A stretch of DNA of 64,000 bases from an uncultured virus (IMG/VR IMGVR_UViG_3300026254_000003) (IMGVR_UViG_3300026254_000003), one strand, 5' to 3'. Shown: positions 20,476-30,002, numbered from the stretch's first letter. A program made the numbers and translations. Notes: a model not told the origin generated them from the letters alone.

Positions 20476-20556
20476 GCGAGCATCCCTTGTTATTGTCTGT
20501 ATAAAACTGTAACGTGAATCTGTGAAGGTTGTCAATGGTGGCGCGACTCAACAGCC

Positions 20557-20613
20557 AAAAGAAAGCCCGCCAGTGGCGGGCTGGTGGTGAGCGTGTCAGC
20601 ACATCACCAAGGT
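20557..20613 (-). terminator. Hairpin + terminator module, copy 3
   Basis: aaagcccgccagtggcgggct ggtggtgagcgtgtcagcacatcaccaaggt. Confidence 0.8.
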
Positions 20614-20838
20614 TTAAAAGTAGTACTGCCTCGCACGTGATGTGCGTATGACACGCCCCTGAGGGGTCGTCAATGTCACCGTGGCTGTGTCGCGAAGGAA
20701 TGCCGCAGTAACGTGATCCATTGTTGCTTCATCGGCAAGAGAGGCGCTCGCCACGACCTGGCGTTGAAGCGTGCAGCCCGATGACGCGGTTATCGCGCAA
20801 AGTAGCAAAATGCACAGTGCAATAAGAGTCGGTTTCAT
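20614..20838 (-). CDS. small putative lipoprotein
   Basis: MKPTLIALCILLLCAITASSGC signal with lipobox-like ending. Confidence 0.6.
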   Translation of the reverse strand: MKPTLIALCILLLCAITASSGCTLQRQVVASASLADEATMDHVTAAFLRDTATVTLTTPQGRVIRTSRARQYYF

Positions 20839-20890
20839 GTTGCCTCACTGGTAGCTCCCACGGCCGCTATTGCAGCCGTGGTTAATAACG

Positions 20891-21154
20891 TTAATCTGAA
20901 TATTCTGACGGGTCAAATTCCCCGACAACTTCAGGATCACCATCGTTGCGTACGATGATAAGGTGAAGGCCTGAGTAGCGAACTTGTTTGAATACATCCA
21001 TGATGTTCTCAGTTTCTACGCTGTCCCACATGTCTGGTGTACCGCCATTATCGACATATGCCAAGTGTTCTTCCAAGGTGCCTTCTGTGCCGTCCTCGTC
21101 AATAGGGTAGCTGGGCTTAACCGGGAAAAGCAGGTAAGACTGAGTGGTTTGCAT
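20891..21154 (-). CDS. small acidic hypothetical protein
   Basis: 87 aa behind repeat 21168. Confidence 0.8.
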   Translation of the reverse strand: MQTTQSYLLFPVKPSYPIDEDGTEGTLEEHLAYVDNGGTPDMWDSVETENIMDVFKQVRYSGLHLIIVRNDGDPEVVGEFDPSEYSD

Positions 21155-21263
21155 TGGTGTATCCTCGTGTTATGTTGACAGGATTAGTATCTCAAAGCCT
21201 GTGAGTTATGTCAACACTTTTTCTTGTTTTGTTCACAAGGCAACAAAGCACATCAATGCGGTA

Positions 21264-21488
21264 TCAGTCGTCAATGTATTTGAGTTTGTCTACATACCTT
21301 AACCAGAGGAAACAAAGGCACATCAAGTTGATGGCTCCGGCGCCTATGATGGCATAGAATGCACTGGGCTCCACCGCGCTCCTGTCAACGCCGATGACTG
21401 CGCATATAAGCAGTAACAGCAGGCTGAATGCGCCGAAGATGAGTGCAATCACGCACCAGTGATACTCCTTGGCAACAGAAAATCCCAC
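21264..21488 (-). CDS. small membrane protein (2 TM)
   Basis: Overlaps stop of upstream ORF; hydrophobic. Confidence 0.6.
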   Translation of the reverse strand: MGFSVAKEYHWCVIALIFGAFSLLLLLICAVIGVDRSAVEPSAFYAIIGAGAINLMCLCFLWLRYVDKLKYIDD

Positions 21489-21772
21489 TATGCTTCAACC
21501 TCATCAAACAGAGCCATGTTGAAAAAGGTCTTTTCAAGGTGATAGTTAGACATCCCCGTAACCAAATCAATATCTGAGATGCGTACAGTGTGCGACTTTG
21601 GATCGGCAATAGCCACTTTAACATGAATGTTAGAGGTGTTCATGACTATCGAGTGCGGCCGCAGAGAGCCATCCTCCAACATCATGGCCTTGCCATCACG
21701 CCCCATATTTTTGCGAACAAGTGCTCTATGGGCCAACAAGTCGATGGTGCGCGCTTCCTGTGAGCGAGCCAT
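21488..21772 (-). CDS. hypothetical protein
   Basis: 94 aa, start/stop coupled in operon. Confidence 0.7.
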   Translation of the reverse strand: MARSQEARTIDLLAHRALVRKNMGRDGKAMMLEDGSLRPHSIVMNTSNIHVKVAIADPKSHTVRISDIDLVTGMSNYHLEKTFFNMALFDEVEA

Positions 21773-22065
21773 TAGAGGGGGGCTCCATTTTTGATAGCAG
21801 GAAATAGCGTGCTGTTGAGAAAATTGTCAAAGTCAGCTTGCCCTTGCTGTGTGAGCGAACCTTGGTCACACTCGAACGAAAAACACTGATTATTGAACTC
21901 AACATCAACAGATTCACCTACAATATCACCAGTAGGCTCTTGAGCGTCTATTTCGTTACTGGTAATAAAAACAATGTCACGTTGTGTCGTGCATAACGCT
22001 GCATAATTAAGTAGCATAAAGTCATTGTTTTCAAATTCTGTTGTGTGGATGCCAAAAAGTTGCAT
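21772..22065 (-). CDS. hypothetical protein
   Basis: MQLFGIH start with GGAG RBS. Confidence 0.7.
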   Translation of the reverse strand: MQLFGIHTTEFENNDFMLLNYAALCTTQRDIVFITSNEIDAQEPTGDIVGESVDVEFNNQCFSFECDQGSLTQQGQADFDNFLNSTLFPAIKNGAPL

Positions 22066-22134
22066 AATGATGCTCCAGTGCGGTTGTGCCCACGCGTCAA
22101 GCAATGGGCGCAATGTGAATGAGTGAAAGGTATG

Positions 22135-22563
22135 CTATGCGCTTGCGTGGTGACGATTTTGCTTTTTTAGCGCGGCAATTTCTTCTTTCATTAGTGTCGA
22201 CAAACGGTTGCGTAGTGGTGTTGGAAGATACGCGTCATTGTCTTTGTCAGCTACCTCTCTAATCCAAGCGTCAAGCCCTTTCTGCCAGATTGCGGTAATC
22301 TCCTTTTTGGCCTCATCAGAGGGCTCTCCGCCAAGATTGAAGTTTCTTACCCGCAGGATACTCGGGTTCAGCCAATCATGGTCAGATTCATCGCTGAGAA
22401 TGACTAATTGGTAAATCAGATTCTCATACTGCATGAGAATGCTGCTACCGCTTGGCGAAAAAAACATAAGTTTGCCGTTATTGGCATCATCTTCAGTGAT
22501 GCCGGTGGCGCGAAATGCGGCGCTGGTGATGCACGCAATGCATCGAGAAGTGGTCTCTATCAT
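22135..22563 (-). CDS. hypothetical protein
   Basis: 142 aa, ATGA overlap with upstream ORF. Confidence 0.75.
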   Translation of the reverse strand: MIETTSRCIACITSAAFRATGITEDDANNGKLMFFSPSGSSILMQYENLIYQLVILSDESDHDWLNPSILRVRNFNLGGEPSDEAKKEITAIWQKGLDAWIREVADKDNDAYLPTPLRNRLSTLMKEEIAALKKQNRHHASA

Positions 22564-22787
22564 GATTTTTCCTTGTTGTGTTTTTGTTTCGCCAATTCAA
22601 GGGCGTAAAGAAAATCATCGGCAAGGCTTTCGCCTCCGCTGTCAAAATCGTGTTCATTGCCATCCGGATCGATGATGGACATGCCTGAGCCGTGTAGTTC
22701 AATATCAAGTCGCACTCGCCATCCCTCTGGGAGCTCCCCTGCGCAGGTGTTGATGGCATCACTGATGCTGCATGGATGAGTGGGCAT
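22560..22787 (-). CDS. small hypothetical protein
   Basis: 75 aa, first gene behind repeat 22822. Confidence 0.75.
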   Translation of the reverse strand: MPTHPCSISDAINTCAGELPEGWRVRLDIELHGSGMSIIDPDGNEHDFDSGGESLADDFLYALELAKQKHNKEKS

Positions 22788-22890
22788 AAATGTTAACCTT
22801 ATTTGTTATCGCTGGGGCGATGTGTGTTGACAAGGTTAGTATCTCAAAAACTGCGAGTGTTGTCAAGATTTTGATGTAATGAGAGATAAG

Positions 22891-22943
22891 AAAAAGCCCG
22901 CGCATGGCGGGCTGGGGTGAGTGTGTCAGCACATCACCAAGGT
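22891..22943 (-). terminator. Hairpin + terminator module, copy 4
   Basis: Nearly identical to 5807-5860. Confidence 0.8.
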
Positions 22944-23012
22944 ATAAAAATTAGCATTAAAGCGGTTGCTGCCTGTGTTGCAGACAATACCAAGAGCCGG
23001 TAATAAGGCGAC

Positions 23013-23405
23013 CTAATGGCCGCACACTTCAGCCAGCGTTTGACGAGTAATTTCCTCATCAAGATTTTCCGGTGTATAGAATGACAGCGTGTCGTCGCCA
23101 TTCCAGCGAACAGCCATCAAGTCACCTTCCCACTCGTCATCTTCATCGCGTTCACCCTCACGGACTTGACGCTCATATTCTTCTACGTTTTCAGCGATGC
23201 ATGCTTCGATTTCACTGCGTACATCAAGGGCAGGGATTGCATCCTCGACATCACCTAAAGAGCCTGTTGAGTATTGGCCGCTCATACAAATGACAACCTC
23301 AGCAAAAAGCACCTCACCGCGCGAAAGCGTGTCGGTAATTTGGTCGCGTTTTTCGCCCTCAAAGGTATCGATAAATTGACGTTGTGCGTGAGTCAGTGCG
23401 TTCAT
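23013..23405 (-). CDS. acidic hypothetical protein
   Basis: 130 aa behind repeat 23418. Confidence 0.8.
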   Translation of the reverse strand: MNALTHAQRQFIDTFEGEKRDQITDTLSRGEVLFAEVVICMSGQYSTGSLGDVEDAIPALDVRSEIEACIAENVEEYERQVREGERDEDDEWEGDLMAVRWNGDDTLSFYTPENLDEEITRQTLAEVCGH

Positions 23406-23477
23406 GGTAAATCTCTCTGTTGTGTTGACAGGGTTAGTATCTCAAAATCAGTGTGCGTTGTCAAGCCGTCAGGTGAA

Positions 23478-23918
23478 TTAAATCACCCGACCTGCTTCTT
23501 TTTCCGACTGATACTGCCACTCATTGAGCAGAATTTCCAAACGACCTTTGTTTACCCATGCAGCCTCACCAAAGGCTTTAACGAGATATTGTGACATGAT
23601 AACACCGTCGGCAGTCATCACTTGACGCTCGGCGTACGCGCGTCGTGTGAAGCTTACCGTGCCACCCGTGTTTCGCTGACAGACCACCAGCATTGGTGCG
23701 GTAGACAAAATGTCGTCGCACTGCTCCTGTGTTAAATCTTCGGTGAAGTCGGTTAGGTTGCTAACCACCTTCGCCAGCAGCTGTCCGTCCTGCATAATGA
23801 GCTTATCGCCTGCATGTAGCGGTGCACCATTGAGCTGATTGTACAGTTCCGCACCTTGCGGTGGCTGAAGCCCATCACGAGTATCGACATAGCGTAAGTG
23901 GTAGCAGTTGGCATCCAT
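23478..23918 (-). CDS. hypothetical protein
   Basis: Start corrected to MDANCYH after repeat 23930. Confidence 0.8.
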   Translation of the reverse strand: MDANCYHLRYVDTRDGLQPPQGAELYNQLNGAPLHAGDKLIMQDGQLLAKVVSNLTDFTEDLTQEQCDDILSTAPMLVVCQRNTGGTVSFTRRAYAERQVMTADGVIMSQYLVKAFGEAAWVNKGRLEILLNEWQYQSEKEAGRVI

Positions 23919-24004
23919 AATAAAGTTCCTGTTGTGTTGACAGGAACAGTATCTCAAATGCTGTGTGAGTTGTCAATGTTTTTATTGCCGTGCCACAACA
24001 CAAG

Positions 24005-24502
24005 TTAGCTCAAGCGCTCGACATTAACATCAAACTCGGCATTGACTTCATCAACGTCGTTGTCAATGAGAGTGCAAGTCACACGCTTGTCGCTGATGAG
24101 CGCATCCAACGCGTCTTTTTCGTCGCCATGCTCGTCAAGTGATGCTGTCCAATCTGACTTCTTAATGTCGTAGGTGATGCTTTGATCAACAATGGCGTTA
24201 ACGCGACAGTATTTTTGCACGCGAACGATACCATTGCCGCTTTCATCATGAAGATCTTCAGCCAAGTCTTTAAGCGATTCGTACATGGCCATCACGCCCG
24301 TCTGGTAATCTTGTGAAGTCACATCTACACCTGCGATAAAGTGACCTAAAATAAGCGACTCAAGGTGCGCGACGGCAAGGTTAAATGCTGCATTGCCTTC
24401 CGTGTTTTTCATCTTCATGTTAGATGATATTGAGGCATTGTTTTTGTTTGTTTCACAGTGTGAAATGGTAATACCCAGATAGCCTACATTTACAGTTTTC
24501 AT
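24005..24502 (-). CDS. hypothetical protein
   Basis: MKTVNVG start with GAAGGG RBS. Confidence 0.7.
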   Translation of the reverse strand: MKTVNVGYLGITISHCETNKNNASISSNMKMKNTEGNAAFNLAVAHLESLILGHFIAGVDVTSQDYQTGVMAMYESLKDLAEDLHDESGNGIVRVQKYCRVNAIVDQSITYDIKKSDWTASLDEHGDEKDALDALISDKRVTCTLIDNDVDEVNAEFDVNVERLS

Positions 24503-24578
24503 ACTCTTCCCTTCGTGGTGGTGGGGGGTTAATTTGTAGTGAAGGAAAGGCGAAAATGATATCTCGCCCTTCCGTGAT

Positions 24579-25016
24579 TTAAAGTAAATTGTAACGGCGG
24601 ACAAGCTCTTCTACTTCAGGCTCCACAAGGTTTTTACCAAGACATGAAGATACAGTGAAGTACTTGTCGACAATGCGCTCATAAAGATGTAAATCAAGTT
24701 CATCAGCTTTCATATTACTGACACTGTCATCGATAACGCTTTCAGTGAGCGTGATATTGCCGTTGAGGAACGCTGTTAACGCGTAAAGTGTCTGGTAATT
24801 AGCGATGAAGTGAAAATAACCATTGTCGTCCTCAATAGCCAATGCCGGAGGAAGATCGATGCTAGATGCAATCATCTCGACGGCGGCGGTAGCAATCAGC
24901 GACAAGTCCTTGATGTCTGCCACATCAGCCGGAAAGGTGTAGCGGCCTTTTTTGATGAGCGTATTAAGATTCTCAATGGTCGTCTTTCGGGTGTAAGTAA
25001 TAAGCTTCATTTTCAT
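24579..25016 (-). CDS. possible degenerate DUF262/ParB-like domain protein
   Basis: VEMIASSIDLPPALAIEDDNGYFHFIANYQTLYALTAFLNG resembles the DUF262 IESI...IP.P....ED..G.Y.VIDGQQRL.AI..F pattern. Confidence 0.5.
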   Translation of the reverse strand: MKMKLITYTRKTTIENLNTLIKKGRYTFPADVADIKDLSLIATAAVEMIASSIDLPPALAIEDDNGYFHFIANYQTLYALTAFLNGNITLTESVIDDSVSNMKADELDLHLYERIVDKYFTVSSCLGKNLVEPEVEELVRRYNLL

Positions 25017-25069
25017 GACAAATCGTCCTCGTTGATGCAAGGCGCCATCGCACCTTGCACCACTCGTTA

Positions 25070-25543
25070 TTAGTGTGCGTTGCTGATTTCAGCGTTAATT
25101 TCGTTGAACAGCGTCGTCAATGGTTTCCCCATTAGCGCTACGTAAAACGCATCTACTGCTGCACGTGATGCAGGTGCCGCTTCAGACCAATGAAGAATAA
25201 CCTTGCCGGTCTCTTTAAGCGGGCATTGGTCGTCGCTGGTGATAGCGTCTATCATAACTTCAGTCCAGTCGACGAAACGACTCTTAGCTTTCGCATCTAA
25301 CGTGCTCAACGTCCACCCGCACGCCCCAAGCAGCGTCCAATCAAGTAGACCTTTAGCTTCATCGCCCATTTTCATAGCAATGGTCATTGCGGCATCAGCA
25401 TCAAGCTTTAAATTCGCATCAGCGTTAAGTAGCTCGCTCTGCATGGATGGCAGTGTGTCACTGACATCACTGTAATCTGGCAGTGATGCGATAATGTTCG
25501 CAGGAATAACAAACGGTGCAATGGTAGATGTTGGGGTCGTCAT
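25070..25543 (-). CDS. hypothetical protein
   Basis: 157 aa behind repeat 25559. Confidence 0.8.
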   Translation of the reverse strand: MTTPTSTIAPFVIPANIIASLPDYSDVSDTLPSMQSELLNADANLKLDADAAMTIAMKMGDEAKGLLDWTLLGACGWTLSTLDAKAKSRFVDWTEVMIDAITSDDQCPLKETGKVILHWSEAAPASRAAVDAFYVALMGKPLTTLFNEINAEISNAH

Positions 25544-25639
25544 AATGGCGTCCTGAGTTGTTGTGTTGACAGATGTAGTATCTCAAACTCTGAGTGCGTT
25601 GTCAAGCATAAAAAGAAAACCTTATTAAAAATAAACCCA

Positions 25640-25668
25640 TTGACAACACTCCAAGATTTATGGATAAT
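25640..25668 (+). promoter_or_regulatory. sigma70-like promoter, divergent from repeat 25559
   Basis: TTGACA acactccaagatttatg GATAAT; first 12 nt match the repeat family. Confidence 0.7.
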
Positions 25669-25873
25669 AGGCTTAACACGTATGACGCCACACCAATTGG
25701 TTGATGGTGGTGTATGTGAGGCGGCGGCCTTGGCTCGTCTACAACTGCATAACGCAGTGCTGATAACGCAACGCAAACATCCATTTACGATGACGCAAAA
25801 AACATCATACTTGTTCACGATACGTGACAAGTTGAGGAACGTAGACGCAACCTGTCATACTATGAGGAATACG

Positions 25874-26644
25874 ATGATGTATTATCGCTGCGATAACTGT
25901 AACTTTACGCAAAATGAAAGCGAATTTAATGCTGTAAGACGTGCAAGTGAGCGCTTCGATAGCGGTCAGTCTTTCACAACCTGCGAATGCCCCCTTTGCT
26001 CATGCTTGGCGTACCCTGTCGTAAAAGGTGAAGTTAACACTTATGTCAACAACCCTATGGCAGAGGTAAAAGACGAAGCGTCACTTTGTGTCACTGAGGA
26101 GCACGTCAAGCGCATCCTTGCTGACACACTCGATATCACGATAAATACGGATAAAAGTAAAGGGCGAGACCGCCTCCGCGATATTACCTTAAAACTTATC
26201 GGCTTCCCGAATGGCGAACAGCAATTCAAGCAGAGTTTATTGGGTGATGTAACCGTTCACTGCATGGCAGAATACGCCATGCAAGATATTATTGAAACGA
26301 GTGATACGAAGCGCTTTACGCTTTATATTAATGAAAACACCAATGAAGAGTGGGTGATGCCAGATGCAAGTTCAACCACACTTATGGGTGCAGATAAAGT
26401 AAACATCGGCGCTATTGACCAATTTGAAGAGCATGTGATCGACCGCATTCAGGGCGTTTACTCTGTCGTCGCCATTCATGTCCCTGTTGGTTTCGATGGA
26501 AGCAGCGAAGATGTTATGGAAACGCTGCGTAATAAGACTGGGTTTTTGGCTTGTTTTCATGACATCCAAACGACATCAGGCCTTGCTGTGGTACCACGTG
26601 ATGATATTCCAGAAGGATGTTTTTTAGTTACGCTTTCGAGTTAG
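25874..26644 (+). CDS. zinc-ribbon N-terminal hypothetical protein, long-leader class
   Basis: GAGGA RBS, MMYYRCDNC...CPLC. Confidence 0.8.
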   Translation: MMYYRCDNCNFTQNESEFNAVRRASERFDSGQSFTTCECPLCSCLAYPVVKGEVNTYVNNPMAEVKDEASLCVTEEHVKRILADTLDITINTDKSKGRDRLRDITLKLIGFPNGEQQFKQSLLGDVTVHCMAEYAMQDIIETSDTKRFTLYINENTNEEWVMPDASSTTLMGADKVNIGAIDQFEEHVIDRIQGVYSVVAIHVPVGFDGSSEDVMETLRNKTGFLACFHDIQTTSGLAVVPRDDIPEGCFLVTLSS

Positions 26645-26938
26645 TGGGTGATCAAAAAAAGGGCTGCGCTTGCAGCCCTTTTGCTTTATGTTGACAGCAC
26701 AGGTTGATGTTGATATTATTTTCACCATAGCGCTGCCCATTTGCATGTTATGCATCTGATAAGCCGGTGCTTGGGACGGCATCCCTCTACGGCCACTCGC
26801 CGACCTGTCTTATGGTCTGCCTGAGTAAGGTAAACTGCATCAACCACTATTTGCATCAACCACAATATGACTTTTTAGTCGGTTGTTGGGCAATGGCCGA
26901 ACTCATCACCTTATACCGACGACAAAGAGGATATTATT

Positions 26939-27553
26939 GTGTTTATTATTATTGATAGCAAACATTCACTCGACCAATTTTCAAAAGACACTGCGCAGCA
27001 CACGAAGATGCCCGCCACGCGACTGCGAAGCGCCATCGCAAAAGGGCAAAACTGTGCTGATATTGCGATACTAACCAATCAATTAACACCGGCACCGGTG
27101 ATTGCTCCCTCTGCGGCTATTGATGGCCTGTACAACTGGCTAAAAATCCAAGCGAAAGCGGGGGCGTTACTTGACGATACACACGAGGTTAGGGCGTCAG
27201 ACGTGCTGGCCGCCCTCCCCCCTAAAGCGCATGTATTTCAACAGAAGCATAGCGATGAAGATGCGCCAAATGATGCATTGAAAGCATGCGAGCAAAAAAT
27301 AAATATGTGGAAATCACAAGTGTCATCAAACATATTGGACGCACAGCAAGTGGATGATATGAGCGATGTGCCCGCTGACGCGCACGAGTCTACCGCAGAG
27401 GCGTTAAGTGATGATGCGCGAGAGCTGGCCAACCACCCCTTGTTAAAAGAAGCCCTGGTGACACTTGAGCAGCAAGGCCTGGTTGATGTTGCTGAGATCA
27501 TGGGCAGTATTGTGAGGAACAGTTTAGAGTATGACGTATTAACGTCGCGCTAA
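26939..27553 (+). CDS. hypothetical protein, long-leader class
   Basis: GAGGA RBS + GTG; promoter TTGACA-17-TATTAT at 26691-26719. Confidence 0.75.
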   Translation: MFIIIDSKHSLDQFSKDTAQHTKMPATRLRSAIAKGQNCADIAILTNQLTPAPVIAPSAAIDGLYNWLKIQAKAGALLDDTHEVRASDVLAALPPKAHVFQQKHSDEDAPNDALKACEQKINMWKSQVSSNILDAQQVDDMSDVPADAHESTAEALSDDARELANHPLLKEALVTLEQQGLVDVAEIMGSIVRNSLEYDVLTSR

Positions 27554-27628
27554 ATAAGAAGGGCAAAAGCAATTGGAAAATAGGTCATATGGTGGTATAA
27601 TTTAACTTCACCACCAAGGAGAAAAGCA

Positions 27629-28009
27629 ATGTCTGAAGTCACGGTAACACAAGTGCATTTAAGTGCGCTTATCACAAAAGAAAAAGCCATGCATTTAACG
27701 CTCAGAAAGAATAAGCATGGTTTCTATTTTAGCAATGCCTTAAACCCACTGTCGGGTAACATTCATATCGGCAGAACGTTAAAAGGTGTTGATATGCAGG
27801 CGCTCACTTCAAAGGTTAATGCGTCTACACCATCAAAGGCCGACCTCGAAACAATGAAGTCGGAATTGTCGCATAGTATTGCAGAGCACACAAAGCGCAT
27901 CGTAATGCTGGCTCAAATGGCGGATGCCGACGATGAACTGGTTACTCTTGCGGAAGCATTAAATGAACAGAAGCGGCGATTGGCCGTTGTTGTCGACCTG
28001 CTGTGCTAA
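27629..28009 (+). CDS. hypothetical protein
   Basis: AAGGAG RBS, 126 aa, terminator 28031-28058. Confidence 0.75.
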   Translation: MSEVTVTQVHLSALITKEKAMHLTLRKNKHGFYFSNALNPLSGNIHIGRTLKGVDMQALTSKVNASTPSKADLETMKSELSHSIAEHTKRIVMLAQMADADDELVTLAEALNEQKRRLAVVVDLLC

Positions 28010-28084
28010 TGCCGATAAGGGTCACAAATCAAAAAAGCGCCAAATGAGGCGCTTTTTTAGTACATGCAATAAACGTCTTGGTGT

Positions 28085-28804
28085 TTACATACCGCAGGCG
28101 CTTTTCATTTTGTTGATAACGCGCAGTTCGTGAGGGAAATACTCAAGGGAGTACTTTTTCATAATGCCGTCAAACTCACCCAAATACTCACAGCGGTAAG
28201 GTTGATAGGGCGGCATCCAATCAGTCGGCCCTTTTGCCGATTTCTGCCTGTTTAATGATGCGCTAACAGGGAGAAGGTTGTCCATATCGTTGGCAAAAGC
28301 ACGCTTTTGAGCGGCGCTCCATTTATCACCACCGTGCGCATGCGCATAAGCAAGGGGCACAATGTGGTCAATATCAAGATCGTCGTCGTCATAATAGAAT
28401 TTGCCGGAGTAGACGCCATACCACTTCCCCCGTGTCACATAACATCGTTTGATAATGTTATTGTAAAGAACGGGGGTCGTTGAGTGAGCAATCAAGACCT
28501 CAGCGCGCGTGTTCTGACAATCATTATCGTCATCCACCCAGTGTTCCCATGCGTCGCGATCATAGCGTTCGCCTTGCGGCAGGTTGTCTTTCGGTTTGGT
28601 GCCGGTGTAATTGCGCGGTGCGCGTCCACCAGAATCAATACAGGCCTCCATGGTGGCATAGGCTGTGAAGTTCTTCGTTTTTTCATACCAGCTGCTGCTG
28701 GTGTCGTGGCAAATACCGCTACTGCTTTTCTTTACGACATCAACAGCGAAAGCCGATGTAGACAGAAAGACAGAAAACAGCAAGGTGACAAATGACGTAC
28801 GCAT
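28085..28804 (-). CDS. secreted HNH endonuclease (DUF1524-like)
   Basis: Signal peptide MRTSFVTLLFSVFLSTSAFA; LDIDHIVPL...FAND..NLLPV.ASLNRQKSAK.P..WMP motif. Confidence 0.85.
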   Translation of the reverse strand: MRTSFVTLLFSVFLSTSAFAVDVVKKSSSGICHDTSSSWYEKTKNFTAYATMEACIDSGGRAPRNYTGTKPKDNLPQGERYDRDAWEHWVDDDNDCQNTRAEVLIAHSTTPVLYNNIIKRCYVTRGKWYGVYSGKFYYDDDDLDIDHIVPLAYAHAHGGDKWSAAQKRAFANDMDNLLPVSASLNRQKSAKGPTDWMPPYQPYRCEYLGEFDGIMKKYSLEYFPHELRVINKMKSACGM

Positions 28805-28910
28805 AGTGTGTCCTTGTTGGTGATTATAACGTGGTGATGTTGGCAGCGTGTCATAACAGGCTGCCGTTTCGTGCAACGTACCTAAAAGTGAGAAGTGGCG
28901 AAAGTGCACC

Positions 28911-29396
28911 CTATATGGTGCATGCACCACCCGCACATCCGCCCTCTGCGGAAGCTAATTCGGCAAGAATTTCTTCTTCAGATCGGCCTCGTGCAGCGGC
29001 ACGCTCTGCCTCTGTCATCATTGACCCTGCGGTGCTGCGAGAAGCCGTCAAAAACGCCCCTTCGTTTATCCATTGCTCTACGATGATATCACGAATTTTT
29101 TCATCTGGCGTGATGCTGTGAAGTGACAGGGTTTCGATGATGGTCGCTTCAGCCGCACACACCACTGCTTGTTCATAAAACGACAATGGGCGACGAGTTT
29201 CTGTTAAGATGAAGTCAGGGTCAAGCTTGCCTACCTTCGTGATCACATCCTGCTTGCCCATATTGATGGTGGCTTGAAAGGCTGCGATTGCCGCAATACT
29301 GACAAGTGAAGCGATAGATACAGTATTTTTGTTCTGCTGAACAACGGTGTTCAAATCAGATACAACGGGCGCGAAAAGATTAAAGGTTTTGCTCAT
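28911..29396 (-). CDS. hypothetical protein with C-terminal CAGGAC
   Basis: 161 aa behind repeat 29410. Confidence 0.75.
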   Translation of the reverse strand: MSKTFNLFAPVVSDLNTVVQQNKNTVSIASLVSIAAIAAFQATINMGKQDVITKVGKLDPDFILTETRRPLSFYEQAVVCAAEATIIETLSLHSITPDEKIRDIIVEQWINEGAFLTASRSTAGSMMTEAERAAARGRSEEEILAELASAEGGCAGGACTI

Positions 29397-29486
29397 GGTT
29401 TTCTCTCTGGTTGTGTTGACGATTAAATTGTCTCAAATTTGAGCAAAAAAGTCAACATAAAACGATGTGTTAATAGGTGATTCGCC

Positions 29487-30002
29487 TTACGGAAAAGTCC
29501 GAAGGCGTGCTAAGACACTGGGGCGAAAATTGATTTTCACGCTTTCTGCATCATAGCCGTGGAGGTTGTTTTTAATACCATGCAATCCTAACGTCAGCAT
29601 TAGCGCAAGGCGCGTGGTGGCTTCCATAACCGTATCACCCGTCAAGTAGGCCGCTTTGCGTGAATCGTCAGGGGAAAACGTGGTATTGTTTTTACGAAGC
29701 GGAATGAACTTGTCGCCTGTTGTATCAAAACGCTTGGCGTTAATGCGAAACGACTTTTGAATGATCACTGCGTGGACAGGGTTAGTGGCAGGTGAGAATT
29801 CAACCATGCTGCCGTATTCCGCTTCAGGAAAAGTTATACTCATGACTCGCTCAAGCTTTGGCGTCACAGGAACTTCTGTACGGCCTGTTGCGGTATTGAT
29901 GCGAGGTGACAATCTCATGGCATCAGCAAGCGCGTAATTAAGGGCTTCACCTGAAAGTTGAAGCAAAAAGATAAAATTGGCATGTGCGTAAGCTGAGTTC
30001 AT
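29487..30002 (-). CDS. hypothetical protein
   Basis: 171 aa behind repeat 30015. Confidence 0.75.
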   Translation of the reverse strand: MNSAYAHANFIFLLQLSGEALNYALADAMRLSPRINTATGRTEVPVTPKLERVMSITFPEAEYGSMVEFSPATNPVHAVIIQKSFRINAKRFDTTGDKFIPLRKNNTTFSPDDSRKAAYLTGDTVMEATTRLALMLTLGLHGIKNNLHGYDAESVKINFRPSVLARLRTFP

